Positions 18,748 through 28,562 of a stretch of 64,000 nt of DNA are shown here, piece by piece; positions within the stretch are counted from its first letter, which is position 1, and every line of letters begins with the position of its first letter. The translations under genes and the position numbers were made by a program. The notes beneath the pieces are model-generated. The model was not told the origin of the DNA. It saw nothing but the letters and a program-made list of their open reading frames with translations, and ran no database searches. Source of the stretch: Bacillota bacterium (GTDB lineage Bacteria > Bacillota > DULZ01); contig JBBAFB010000001.1 in assembly GCA_041655595.1 (NCBI GenBank), forward strand, positions 2,168 to 66,167. The letters are read 5' to 3'.

Positions 18748-18818
18748 TTTCACATCCCCATTATCTTTCTGTCTGCATTTTAACATAAGTTACCGAGCTT
18801 GAATAGTTTTTCTTTTAG

Positions 18819-20156
18819 TCAACTGCCGCTAATTGTCATGTTCGCTATTCTAATAGTAGGAGATCCACTACCGATGAAAAAAGTTAAATCATCCGCTACA
18901 CAATCTACTTGCTTAAGAAGACCAATTAAATTACCGGCAATAGCAGCTCCCCTGAAAGCTTTTGTTAGTTTCCCATTTTCGATCAACAAACCGCTTGCAC
19001 CGACAGAGAAATCTCCGGAAATGGGATTAGCAGTATGCATACCCATCACCTCTGTAATATAAAAACCTTGCCGAACCTCGCTTAATAAAACCTCCTTGCT
19101 GACCTGCCCTGCCTCAATATAAAGATTTGTTGCACCTACCTCAGGAGTTCCTTTATAACTTCTGATGGCATTTCCGGTGGAAGCAGTGCCGCCCTTATTG
19201 GCGGTGTAGCTATTGTGCAAAAGGCCGGTTAGAATCCCCTCCTTAACCAGGATTGTACGCTGCATTGCCACACCCTCACCATCAAAGGGAGAGGATACAA
19301 CTTTTCCCACTAAGGCTCCGTCATCAATAATTTCTACCAAGGGAGAACAAACTATCGTATTCATTTTACCGGCAAAAAATGATTTTCCCTTTTGGACATT
19401 TTCCGCGGAAAAAGCTGAAGCCAAAACACCCAAAAAATTAGTTGCTACATAGGGATCCAGTACAACAGTAGCCTTTTGGGTTTCCACATGCTTCGCCCCT
19501 AGGGAGCGAACCGCCTTATTAGCTGCTTCTTTACCGATTTTAACGGGATTCAAATCCTTGATTTTTAACTCAAACTGCAAATCAAAACCGGTTTGCGCTT
19601 CACTACCTTCTTCTGCGACCACAAAGGCATACATTCCGCAATAGGAACCTTCATTTGTCTTTTCAATACCTTTTGAGTTTACGATTGCAATTTGATAGTG
19701 AACATCTTGATATGTACAGCTTTCAATAATTTTAACTCTGGGGTCGTAGCCCCGGGCGGAGTCCTCCATAAGTAAGGCCATTTTAATTTTTTCTTCAACG
19801 GAAACCTTTGCTATTTCCGGATCATAAAGGTCAAGCTCCGGGTAAACATCACTTAACCTAGGAAGAATGTTAAAGCTGTCTTCAGCAGTTTTTTTTGCAT
19901 TAAAAATTGCCTTTGTCAGAGCTGTTTCCAAAGCAGTAGAAGAAAGATCCGATGAGTAGGCATAACCCAAGCGATTAGCAACAAAAACCCTGATGCCTAC
20001 ACCCTGCTCCTCTGCATTTTTCAAGGTTTCCACCTGTCCGTTTGCAACCTTGACAGTTAACTCCTGACCTTTAGTCACATAAACCTCTATTTGCTCAGCT
20101 CCCGTGTTCAGCCCTTTCGCCACCAATTCCCTCGCTAAACTTAAATTATCAGTCAT
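18819..20156 (-). CDS. pmbA: TldD/PmbA-family metalloprotease modulator (PmbA/TldE)
   Basis: 445 aa. PmbA_TldD fold without the HExxxH motif. Paired immediately downstream of tldD. Confidence 0.8.
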   Translation of the reverse strand: MTDNLSLARELVAKGLNTGAEQIEVYVTKGQELTVKVANGQVETLKNAEEQGVGIRVFVANRLGYAYSSDLSSTALETALTKAIFNAKKTAEDSFNILPRLSDVYPELDLYDPEIAKVSVEEKIKMALLMEDSARGYDPRVKIIESCTYQDVHYQIAIVNSKGIEKTNEGSYCGMYAFVVAEEGSEAQTGFDLQFELKIKDLNPVKIGKEAANKAVRSLGAKHVETQKATVVLDPYVATNFLGVLASAFSAENVQKGKSFFAGKMNTIVCSPLVEIIDDGALVGKVVSSPFDGEGVAMQRTILVKEGILTGLLHNSYTANKGGTASTGNAIRSYKGTPEVGATNLYIEAGQVSKEVLLSEVRQGFYITEVMGMHTANPISGDFSVGASGLLIENGKLTKAFRGAAIAGNLIGLLKQVDCVADDLTFFIGSGSPTIRIANMTISGS

Positions 20157-20171
20157 CTTAAAACCTCCTCA

Positions 20172-21554
20172 CTATAACAAACCGCCAACAGTTAAATTTG
20201 GTATCCGGATTGTCGGCTGAGCATCCGATACCGGAACACCCTGCCCATCTTTACCACAAGTGCCGATGGCAAAGCCCAGATCATTACCTACCATATCAAT
20301 TTTTTGCAAGACCTCCGGTCCGTTTCCAGTTAGTGTCGCACCTCTGACGGGAATTGTTATCTTTCCATTTTCAATTAAATAGCCTTCCTTCACATCAAAC
20401 ACAAAATCCCCGTTGGTAGTGTTAACCTGACCTCCTCCCATAGCTTTAACATAAAACCCTTTTGCAACGGATTTTATAATTTCCCGTGGGTCGGTTTTGC
20501 CTGCGGCTATAAAAGTATTGGTCATACGTGGAATAGGGTGGTCCTGGTATGACTCTCGTCTGCCGTTGCCCGTAGAAATTTTGTTTTCCTTCTTGGCAGC
20601 AAGATAATCATACATATAATTTTTAAGAATACCATTTTCTATTAAAATTGTTTTTTGCCCTTGAGTCCCTTCATCGTCAACTCCAAAAGAACCGTATTTT
20701 CCGGGAATGGTTGCATCATCAATAACAGTCACTAACTCCGAGGCAACCTTTTCTCCAATTTTTCCAGCATAAACGGATAATTGCTTTTGCACCAAATCCG
20801 CTTCCAGGCCGTGTCCGCAAGCCTCATGAATCATCGTGCCTCCTGCTTCACCATCCATTACTACAGTCATTTTCCCTGCCGGGGCAGGCTTGGCCTCCAG
20901 CATCAATAAAGCACGCTTGACCGCCTTTCTAGCAACCCCCTCAGGCTCCGTTTCCTCAAACAGCTCCAAACCCACATGGCCTCCGATAGCCTCATAACCG
21001 GTTTGTATGATATCCCCTTGGGCAGCTACCACATTTACCATAAAACGTGTGCGTATCCTCTGATCTTCAATCCAAAGTCCATCACTATTAGCAATCACTA
21101 CCTCCTGAACAACATCCCCATAAACCACTGTAACTTGCTTAATTCTATCATCCATTTTTCTGGCGGCATTGTTTGCCCTGGTCACTAAAGAAACCTTTTC
21201 GTCAATCTCAACTTCTCCAGGCATAATTTTTATATCTGAATTGGGTTGTACTTTCGCTTTAATCAATTCGATACCGGCCGGCGTATTGTCGCCGGTAGCT
21301 GCTTTTGCTACAGTCTCTGCTATTTTAAGTAAATTATCAGCGGACAAATCATTTGTATATCCGTAAGAAGTGTTTTCCCCAACTAGCACCCTTATTCCCG
21401 CCCCAACTTCAATGCCGGTAACAACCCTTTCAATCCTATCCGCTTCGCATGCTATTCCATTATTTGTTTTTCTCTCAATAAAAACCTCCGCAAAATCCCC
21501 TCCCAAGGCTTTTGCCTTTGCCAAAATATCTTCAATTACTTCTTTGGTTAACAC
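20172..21554 (-). CDS. tldD: Zinc metalloprotease TldD
   Basis: 460 aa with HEACGHGLEAD (HExxxH) TldD active-site motif. Confidence 0.85.
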   Translation of the reverse strand: MLTKEVIEDILAKAKALGGDFAEVFIERKTNNGIACEADRIERVVTGIEVGAGIRVLVGENTSYGYTNDLSADNLLKIAETVAKAATGDNTPAGIELIKAKVQPNSDIKIMPGEVEIDEKVSLVTRANNAARKMDDRIKQVTVVYGDVVQEVVIANSDGLWIEDQRIRTRFMVNVVAAQGDIIQTGYEAIGGHVGLELFEETEPEGVARKAVKRALLMLEAKPAPAGKMTVVMDGEAGGTMIHEACGHGLEADLVQKQLSVYAGKIGEKVASELVTVIDDATIPGKYGSFGVDDEGTQGQKTILIENGILKNYMYDYLAAKKENKISTGNGRRESYQDHPIPRMTNTFIAAGKTDPREIIKSVAKGFYVKAMGGGQVNTTNGDFVFDVKEGYLIENGKITIPVRGATLTGNGPEVLQKIDMVGNDLGFAIGTCGKDGQGVPVSDAQPTIRIPNLTVGGLL

Positions 21555-21682
21555 AATCTATCACCTCATTATCTTAACTTCTAGTATAAGCAGCTTATAT
21601 TTATATATTCCCTACCAATAGTCAGCTTCCTTCAAATTTTAGCCGGATATACTTATTTATCAAGCTAGCTTGAATTAAACCC

Positions 21683-22426
21683 TTAATAACAAACCCAATT
21701 AGCTAAAGCGGCCACCAACCTATCATCATCACCGATGTCTCCCTCTAACCATTTGATTCGGATGGTTAACCTATTAGTTTTAGCCACGTTTAGACTAAAA
21801 TTAAAGGGGTATTCCGAAGGCTTAACCTCCTTTGCTTCATAAATTGGCAACCCGTCTGCCAAGATAGTTAAGCTGTAGCCGGCCCTGCTGTTTCTAGTTT
21901 CATCGTCAACACCCAGGTAACCCTCCAGCCGGGTAAACTCGCCTTTTAAATCAACTACAGCTTCAGCTACTTTCACCCCTTCATTTTCAATATCCCTTTC
22001 CCCGGGAGCTAATTCCACTATTAAACCTCTTTCAAATTGCCTGCCTGCAATGATAATCTTTCTGCTTTGCAGATTATAAAAGGGGCCCACATTTCTTAAA
22101 ACGGGCAAATCTTCCAAGTAGCTGGGGTTGTAGGCAGCTCCTTCATCGAATCTTGAATCACCCCTTAAATACACAGTCTTTGTTGAAGGGTCCCACTCCA
22201 CATCGTAACCCAGTGCCTCTGACATAGCTCGAACCGGCACCATTACAGAACCATTTTCCAATTGAAAAGGCTCTACTGCGGAGGAAAGAAGCTTGCCATT
22301 GATGATTATTTTAAAATCCTGATAGATGGCCACAACATTTTCCCGTCTATAGACCTCTTTGGCGGTAACCGCCGTGCCGATAAGCAGAAGGATTGTTAAT
22401 ATACTAATTAAAGACATTTTGCGCAT
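21683..22426 (-). CDS. Secreted copper-amine-oxidase N-terminal-domain (stalk-like) protein
   Basis: 247 aa. Signal peptide MRKMSLISILTILLLIGTAVTA, then the GSVMVPVRAMSEALGYDVEWD motif of Cu_amine_oxidN1 domains, which are abundant in Peptococcaceae-type Clostridia. Confidence 0.6.
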   Translation of the reverse strand: MRKMSLISILTILLLIGTAVTAKEVYRRENVVAIYQDFKIIINGKLLSSAVEPFQLENGSVMVPVRAMSEALGYDVEWDPSTKTVYLRGDSRFDEGAAYNPSYLEDLPVLRNVGPFYNLQSRKIIIAGRQFERGLIVELAPGERDIENEGVKVAEAVVDLKGEFTRLEGYLGVDDETRNSRAGYSLTILADGLPIYEAKEVKPSEYPFNFSLNVAKTNRLTIRIKWLEGDIGDDDRLVAALANWVCY

Positions 22427-22439
22427 TTACGAAGCCTCC

Positions 22440-23156
22440 TTAAAGAATTGGAAAGTTGTATGAAGGCAACTGTGAACCCTCCGGTTCGCTGAGCTTTTTT
22501 GTTTCACTTTCCCTTCCTTGTTCTTCACTAAAAATAATTGTTTCTTCAAGATTCAAACCTGCACGCGGTAAAGTATTCGGTAAAAAGGGGGAATACAAAG
22601 TTGACGGCTCCTGCAAAACGGTGTTGACATCGTTTGAAATAAAGACCTGTTGCAACAAAAGTTCCCCCTCAACCAAATCCGGGTTGCCTGGCGAAAAATT
22701 AAAACTACACTCCTGGATTTGGACTCCCGCCCTTGCTTCCGTATCTTTTAAATATTCCAACAGCGATCCTATTGTCCCCCTTATTTTCATTTCAATCAGT
22801 GCAATTTGATAAAAATCCTCATCCATAATCATCAGGCGCTCCGCCTTAAGGATGTCCACTCTTCCAATAGCCTGCTGGCCTAAATTCGCTAATAGCAAAC
22901 TTACCGTTTGCGGAAACTGTTTTTTGATATTTAATAGCTCTTGTTCACCGGCTTTTAAATTTTGCACCTCCAGTTGCTTTACATTTTCCAACTCCTTTAT
23001 TTCTATACCGGTTGTAGGGCTTTCTTTTAAACAGTTTGCTAAAAGCTTATATTCAGGTAGTAAAATACCAAAAAAGAGTCTAGACCAAAAAACGAAACCG
23101 ACTGTTAATAATAGCAGATAAATGAGCTTCCTTTCCCTTATGGATAGATTAGTCAT
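22440..23156 (-). CDS. pilO: Type IV pilus assembly protein PilO (module 2)
   Basis: 238 aa. N-terminal TM, coiled coil and C-terminal alpha/beta domain. Follows PilM-PilN with overlapping stop and start. Confidence 0.55.
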   Translation of the reverse strand: MTNLSIRERKLIYLLLLTVGFVFWSRLFFGILLPEYKLLANCLKESPTTGIEIKELENVKQLEVQNLKAGEQELLNIKKQFPQTVSLLLANLGQQAIGRVDILKAERLMIMDEDFYQIALIEMKIRGTIGSLLEYLKDTEARAGVQIQECSFNFSPGNPDLVEGELLLQQVFISNDVNTVLQEPSTLYSPFLPNTLPRAGLNLEETIIFSEEQGRESETKKLSEPEGSQLPSYNFPIL

Positions 23157-23712
23157 TTGGGCTCACCCGGTTTTCCACCTTTGTAAGCAGCTTAATTTTA
23201 AAGCTACTTAAGCCGGTGTCTGGGTCATTTTTCAATTCAGATAAGGTTACCTCCTCAAAATACCGATGCCGCTCTAAATCAATTAGAAACCCTTCTAAAA
23301 GACCAAGGGATACGGCTTTACCTAGAACAAACACGTTATTGGTATTTTTGAACGCAATTTCGATTAAATCCAAGCCTTGAGGTAGAATAGTTTCAATAAC
23401 TTTTAAGGACTCATATGTATTGGAAGGGCTTTGTAAAATGTTTTTCAGGGCGGTCAGCTGGTTTTCGTTTCTTTTTTGTTGTTCGTGTAAACCCTCCAAA
23501 TCAATTTCAATATTGACAAATTTATCATTCATCAGCTGTTTTTCCATGACTTCCTGCTCTAGGCGACTCACCATGAGCCATAGTAAACCATTGGAAACCA
23601 TAAAAAAAATTCCATAAAAAATGACCACCCTGATATAAGTTGGTATGTTAAAGAAAAGCTTGTTACTACTTTTCAACTCTTTAGGCAACAAATTAATGGA
23701 CATCTCCCGCAA
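23149..23712 (-). CDS. pilN: Type IV pilus assembly protein PilN (module 2)
   Basis: 187 aa. MSINLLPKELK PilN N-terminal motif that binds PilM, then a single TM. Confidence 0.65.
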   Translation of the reverse strand: MREMSINLLPKELKSSNKLFFNIPTYIRVVIFYGIFFMVSNGLLWLMVSRLEQEVMEKQLMNDKFVNIEIDLEGLHEQQKRNENQLTALKNILQSPSNTYESLKVIETILPQGLDLIEIAFKNTNNVFVLGKAVSLGLLEGFLIDLERHRYFEEVTLSELKNDPDTGLSSFKIKLLTKVENRVSPND

Positions 23713-24637
23713 ACCCCCTTAAGGCGAGACCCAGTGCTATGGCAAATGATGGTTCAGGGAAGGGTTCCGCCAAGTAACCAAAACCCGGCACTCCTTTTTT
23801 AACTGCAATCCCCAGCTCATCTTGCAGTGAACAAAGCCCTCCCCAGTCCATACCAAGCCCGCCAACCACAATTTCCTTTAGAACAATTTCTTGTACTATG
23901 GTTTTTAAATACCCAACGGTTATCTGAATTTCAGTAGCCAATTTACCCGGAGTCAATGAGCGATTAAGGTAATTTTGAGTGATTACCCTAGCAAAAATAA
24001 CATGACCCCGTAAATGAAAAATCAACTGGGTATAATCAATATTTAACTCTAGAAATAAAACCAGGTCATTTCCCGAAAAAGTATCACTTGGCAAATTTCC
24101 TGCTAGGGATCTACTAAAGGCAAATGAAGCCACATCAATTGCCTCCAAAGCTAGTCCCGCCGCCATAAAAACTTCGTGTAAATCAGTAACACTCTTTTTT
24201 AAAACAGCAGCTAAAACTATTTCCCGGGTATCATTCCTTCCGACTGCAGTATTAGTCAAAATCGAGAAATCCAAGCTGTATTCATTTTTATCCAAACCAT
24301 ATTTTTGTTTAGCCTCCCAAGCTACTGCCTGACGGAGATCCTTTAAGGGCATCCCGGGCAATTTGAAAAAACGCAGAGAAACCTGTTTGCTTGGAAAAGC
24401 TATTACCGTTTTTCGTCTTTTCCACCCTCTTTCCATTTTTATTTTTACCAAGCTATCAACCAGCAGTGTTTTGTTTTCTAGTTGACCCTCAATATTAAAC
24501 ACCTGTGGGATAGGAATTTTTAAAGTTTTGCAGCTCGGCCCCCCTTGCTTCTTTTGAATTTCAGCTACTAATAATTCCTCGTTTTCCCAGGTCAAGCCTA
24601 TGGGATATCTGCCCAGTTTAGTTTTTAGCGAAAGCAA
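23693..24637 (-). CDS. pilM: Type IV pilus assembly ATPase-like protein PilM (module 2)
   Basis: 314 aa actin-like (ASKHA) fold. Translationally coupled to pilN. Confidence 0.65.
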   Translation of the reverse strand: MLSLKTKLGRYPIGLTWENEELLVAEIQKKQGGPSCKTLKIPIPQVFNIEGQLENKTLLVDSLVKIKMERGWKRRKTVIAFPSKQVSLRFFKLPGMPLKDLRQAVAWEAKQKYGLDKNEYSLDFSILTNTAVGRNDTREIVLAAVLKKSVTDLHEVFMAAGLALEAIDVASFAFSRSLAGNLPSDTFSGNDLVLFLELNIDYTQLIFHLRGHVIFARVITQNYLNRSLTPGKLATEIQITVGYLKTIVQEIVLKEIVVGGLGMDWGGLCSLQDELGIAVKKGVPGFGYLAEPFPEPSFAIALGLALRGFAGDVH

Positions 24638-24652
24638 AAACCCACCCCCTTA

Positions 24653-25777
24653 TCACAAAACCACAATTTCTAACCAATCCACTAGTTTAAATGTAAGCTG
24701 AGGGAGTTTCACAAGATTTTCCCCCGGCAAGGTATGAAATTGAAAGTTAAATGTTCCTGCAGGCAAGTCAACCGAGCCGGCTTGCAGCCCACCAAAAAGA
24801 TCCAAACCCCTACCACCTTCCTGTACCGTAAAACTTTTTTTGGCAATTAACCCCGCCCACAGTCTGTTTACCTGAGAATCAACAAGAATATTTTTAGCTA
24901 TTATCAGCAAAGCATCTTCACGAGAATCCTGCGGAGTTAAATTCTCGATTAGGGTAATAGCTCCCTCGGAAACTATAGCGATTTTACCATTATAACTCTC
25001 AGTGATACTATCTGCCGTTACAACTAAATCCCCTGCGGAAAAATATATGCCGGAATTTAATTTGCTTACATCAACAGTTGTCTCGGTTAATACCTCGTGC
25101 TTATTGTTTAGGTACCAGTCAAAATCTAAAGCAGGCACTTTGTTGCCATTTATTCCCTGGTAATATGGAAAACAGTTTTCACTTTTCTGCCAAACACCTT
25201 TGCAAATGATCTCCTTTGCAGCGACTAAGAGACCATTAATTATAGTGTCCCCATTAACTACTATCGATTCAGAGGCCGACAAAGAGCCGCCAAAAACCGC
25301 ATCGTTTAAGATGACTTGGCCATCAACCTCCACTCGCCCTTCCAAAGAGCTTGAAGGCGGGAAAATCAGATTGTCTGAAACTATAAGGCCTCCTTTAATA
25401 TTTAAACTTGTATACGATTTTAAATGCAAGAAATCCACCGTCACTGCATTATTAAAAGGTTGTCTTTCCTTCTTTAGATCCACTCTGATCCTTCTGTTTA
25501 TTCCATCCACCTCCCCTTGAGATTCAATTCTGACCTGGGGGTTATTTCCTTTGTTAGTTACAGTTATTACTTTTATTTTACCCGGCTCGAAGTCTATATT
25601 CTTATAGCTGCCCTCCCAAGCCGGATTAGCCTTTAATTGGTTTACAGCTATTTGAATCCCCGCCTCAGCTACATAGAGTGCCTGCACCGCTTTTGCTTGA
25701 TTTTGAGCAATTTTGCTTTCGGTAAAGGCTAATTCAAAGCTAAAAATTCCAAGAGTCAGAACAACTGCAAAAAACAA
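24653..25777 (-). CDS. GspK/PilX-like large pseudopilin
   Basis: 374 aa. Hydrophobic N-terminal helix with the conserved LAFTESKIAQNQAKAVQALYVAEAGIQ segment typical of GspK-like minor pseudopilins. Confidence 0.5.
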   Translation of the reverse strand: MFFAVVLTLGIFSFELAFTESKIAQNQAKAVQALYVAEAGIQIAVNQLKANPAWEGSYKNIDFEPGKIKVITVTNKGNNPQVRIESQGEVDGINRRIRVDLKKERQPFNNAVTVDFLHLKSYTSLNIKGGLIVSDNLIFPPSSSLEGRVEVDGQVILNDAVFGGSLSASESIVVNGDTIINGLLVAAKEIICKGVWQKSENCFPYYQGINGNKVPALDFDWYLNNKHEVLTETTVDVSKLNSGIYFSAGDLVVTADSITESYNGKIAIVSEGAITLIENLTPQDSREDALLIIAKNILVDSQVNRLWAGLIAKKSFTVQEGGRGLDLFGGLQAGSVDLPAGTFNFQFHTLPGENLVKLPQLTFKLVDWLEIVVL

Positions 25778-25845
25778 GATTGTCTGAAAGAAAAAAAAGC
25801 CTTCCTGCTCCGTTAATTTTTTCTTTACCCCATCCTGATCAACCC

Positions 25846-26346
25846 TTATTTCAACTTAAGTTGTATTGATGTTTGGTATTCCCACAAACCCTCGGCCTCA
25901 TTTAAACCCTTTAAAAATATAGTTACCAAATCGCTGTTTTCGAAGGGCACAGCATTATAAAAAAATTTCATTTCCCGGATTCCGCTAGCTACCGGATTAT
26001 GGGCATAAAAAACTTTTGTCCCTTTTAACATTATTGACCAGCGTAGGGTGTTGCCATTTAAATAGTACCAAATGACATCTCCTTCCCTACTTTCTAAAAG
26101 CAGATTGTCTTGGTCTATCCTAACAGCGGAAGCCTTTGCTAACAGGCCGTGACTTTTTCTTAAGTCTTGAGAGATGGCTTCCAAAGCAATCCTTAAGTTT
26201 TGCTGCCGATCCACGTTTTGCTCTAATCGGCTATAAGATTTTAAACTTAAATCCAAGGCACCATACAATGCAAACAAGAGAAGCAGGAACAAGGAAGAAG
26301 CAAGCACAACTTCGAGTAAAGTAAAACCCTTTTGCTCAGTAATCAT
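25846..26346 (-). CDS. Prepilin-type minor pseudopilin (GspJ/PilW-like)
   Basis: 166 aa. MITEQKGFTLLEVVLASSLFLLLLFA class-III signal peptide (G-F-T-L-L-E). Confidence 0.6.
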   Translation of the reverse strand: MITEQKGFTLLEVVLASSLFLLLLFALYGALDLSLKSYSRLEQNVDRQQNLRIALEAISQDLRKSHGLLAKASAVRIDQDNLLLESREGDVIWYYLNGNTLRWSIMLKGTKVFYAHNPVASGIREMKFFYNAVPFENSDLVTIFLKGLNEAEGLWEYQTSIQLKLK

Positions 26347-26734
26347 CTTTTTCCATTGTCCTTATAGTACTTAGAGTACAACTAACTCGCGAGTTAGTAA
26401 TTTCCTGAAGAGTAACAGTGATTTTAAACAAATTATTACCTTGATAGGGGGCAATGTCCACCCGATATTTATAATCCGTAAAAACGGGGTGATTTTGAAA
26501 ATCCCGATTTTCGGACAGGTATTGGAGATCTCGACCAAGGCTTTCCTCCAAAATTTCCTGGGCCAAAAAAATAGCTTTTGTCATTTCCCGGGAATTACTG
26601 AAAATTTTATTAGAACCAATAAATAAAGAAGTTAAAGGCATTAGCACAAGGGAAATCAGCAACAGGCTAAGCACAATTTCGATTAAAACTAAACCACTTT
26701 GCTCTTTCAGGCTTTGTCTTGTAACCATAATCAT
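26336..26734 (-). CDS. Prepilin-type minor pseudopilin (GspI/PilV-like)
   Basis: 132 aa. QSGLVLIEIVLSLLLISLVL prepilin N-terminus. Overlapping stop/start with both neighbours. Confidence 0.55.
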   Translation of the reverse strand: MIMVTRQSLKEQSGLVLIEIVLSLLLISLVLMPLTSLFIGSNKIFSNSREMTKAIFLAQEILEESLGRDLQYLSENRDFQNHPVFTDYKYRVDIAPYQGNNLFKITVTLQEITNSRVSCTLSTIRTMEKDDY

Positions 26735-27189
26735 TCCTCTTCCTGGTCCTCAAACGCCATTCTAATTCTACCCGTGGAGGGCATAAGATAGATATAGCAA
26801 AAATCATTATAGGAGTTTTTTAAGATGATGGTACCCGCTTGGCTCGGTGCACCTATTAAACTAAATGTCAGTTGGGAATTAGTTAAAGGCACTTGTAAGA
26901 AAGTAATACCTTTAGGTAGATCCCTCTTGACTCTCCTTTTTGTACCCTCCTCGATGGCGTAATAAGTATTGTTTTTTGCAAAATTTATTTTAATTACTCC
27001 CGCGCTCCCATAAATAGATTCTTGCCTAACCCAGCGCATATCAGCAACAAGTTGGTTGGCGGCACCTCTCAATTGATAACCGGCAAGAATTTTTAAAAAA
27101 TTGGGAAACGAAACGGCAAATAGGGTAAAGATAATTGCCATTACCAAAACTAGTTCAATTAGAGTAAAACCGTAGTTCTTTTTGTTCAT
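26731..27189 (-). CDS. Prepilin-type minor pseudopilin (GspH/FimT-like)
   Basis: 152 aa. MNKKNYGFTLIELVLVMAIIFTLFAV class-III signal peptide. Confidence 0.6.
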   Translation of the reverse strand: MNKKNYGFTLIELVLVMAIIFTLFAVSFPNFLKILAGYQLRGAANQLVADMRWVRQESIYGSAGVIKINFAKNNTYYAIEEGTKRRVKRDLPKGITFLQVPLTNSQLTFSLIGAPSQAGTIILKNSYNDFCYIYLMPSTGRIRMAFEDQEEE

Positions 27190-27211
27190 GTCTGCTCCAT
27201 TAAAAGAGTTT

Positions 27212-28426
27212 TTAAAATATTGCTAGCATATTAAACAAAGGCAGCATTAAGGCAAGCACAACAACCCCAATCAGGCCGCCCATTATCAAAATCAAAATCG
27301 GCTCTATTAGTTTTGTAACTCTGTCCAAGGCTGTCGTAACTTCTTTGTCATAGTAATCTTTTAGTTTAAGTAAAAACTGGGAAACCTGCCCCGTTGCTTC
27401 CCCCACCTCAATCATTTTTATTAATAGTTCAGGGAAAATTGCTACTTTTGCCAAAGGCTCAGCCAGTTGCAATCCTTCTTCAAGGCTTGCACCGGCATCT
27501 GATAAACCACGGCTAAGTAAAGCATTATTTAGGGTCCCTTTTGTAACTTCCAGAGCCGTTAAAATAGGCACCCCTTTATCCAGTAAAGTACCCAAGACAT
27601 GACAAAAGCGGGAACTCATTATCTTAACAAGCAAACTGCCTACCAAAGGCATCTTTAAACAGAATGCATCCCAAAACAATCTTCCCTTTTCGGTTTGAAA
27701 ATAACTAAAAAGACTTAGCAGCAACAATAAAAAAAACAGGACTAAATAAAAGCCCCATTGTGCCAAAAAATAACTCAGGCTAAGAATTTTTGCAGTTAAC
27801 ATAGGAAGGGATGCCCCCATCCCTTCCAGCATAATGGAAAAGCTAGGTACCACATAGGAAAGTAAAAAAACCAAGGCACCGATGGTTAACATAAAAAGTA
27901 AAAAAGGGTAAGCTAAAGCGGCGGCAATCTTTTGCTGTAATTGTGCTTCTTTATCATAATGTGAAGACAACCAATCAAAAACTTCTTCCAAAATACCCCC
28001 TGTTTCGCCTGCCTCTACCATACCGGTCATGAGGGGCGGGAAAACATGATTATGTTTCCTCATAGAATTTGCCAAGTTCTCTCCTTTTTTTAAATCCTCC
28101 ATTGCATCCCGGATGGCAGATTTAAATCTTGGTGTGGTTTTAGCTGCGCTAATTTCTAAAATTTTCAATAAAGGCAGACCGGCCTTCAGCATCGCTGAAA
28201 CCTGGTAAGAAAAGGCGGATAAATCTTTGCTACCTACTTTTAATTTAGAAAAGCCCGGTTGAAGATGCTTATTTAAACTTCGTTTATTTAACTCTAGAAT
28301 GAATAGTCTTTTCTTTTTTAGGATATTTTCCGCGTCTTTCTGGTCGGAAACATAAAGGCTTCCCTTAACCAGCCTACCTTCCATATCTCTGGCCTTATAT
28401 TGGAATTCTGCCACTTTAATCCTCAC
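27212..28426 (-). CDS. pilC: Type IV pilus / T2SS inner-membrane platform protein PilC/GspF (module 2)
   Basis: 404 aa. Two T2SSF repeats and three TM segments. Confidence 0.8.
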   Translation of the reverse strand: MRIKVAEFQYKARDMEGRLVKGSLYVSDQKDAENILKKKRLFILELNKRSLNKHLQPGFSKLKVGSKDLSAFSYQVSAMLKAGLPLLKILEISAAKTTPRFKSAIRDAMEDLKKGENLANSMRKHNHVFPPLMTGMVEAGETGGILEEVFDWLSSHYDKEAQLQQKIAAALAYPFLLFMLTIGALVFLLSYVVPSFSIMLEGMGASLPMLTAKILSLSYFLAQWGFYLVLFFLLLLLSLFSYFQTEKGRLFWDAFCLKMPLVGSLLVKIMSSRFCHVLGTLLDKGVPILTALEVTKGTLNNALLSRGLSDAGASLEEGLQLAEPLAKVAIFPELLIKMIEVGEATGQVSQFLLKLKDYYDKEVTTALDRVTKLIEPILILIMGGLIGVVVLALMLPLFNMLAIF

Positions 28427-28562
28427 TCTTTAATTAATAAGTTAATGTATTTAAAATATTCTCACATAATAAATTCTACCTTCCTGTGACCCATTCCTGC
28501 AATTTTTCCATAAAAAATATCATTTATTTACATCTGTAAGTCAACAAATTAACATTGGACAT

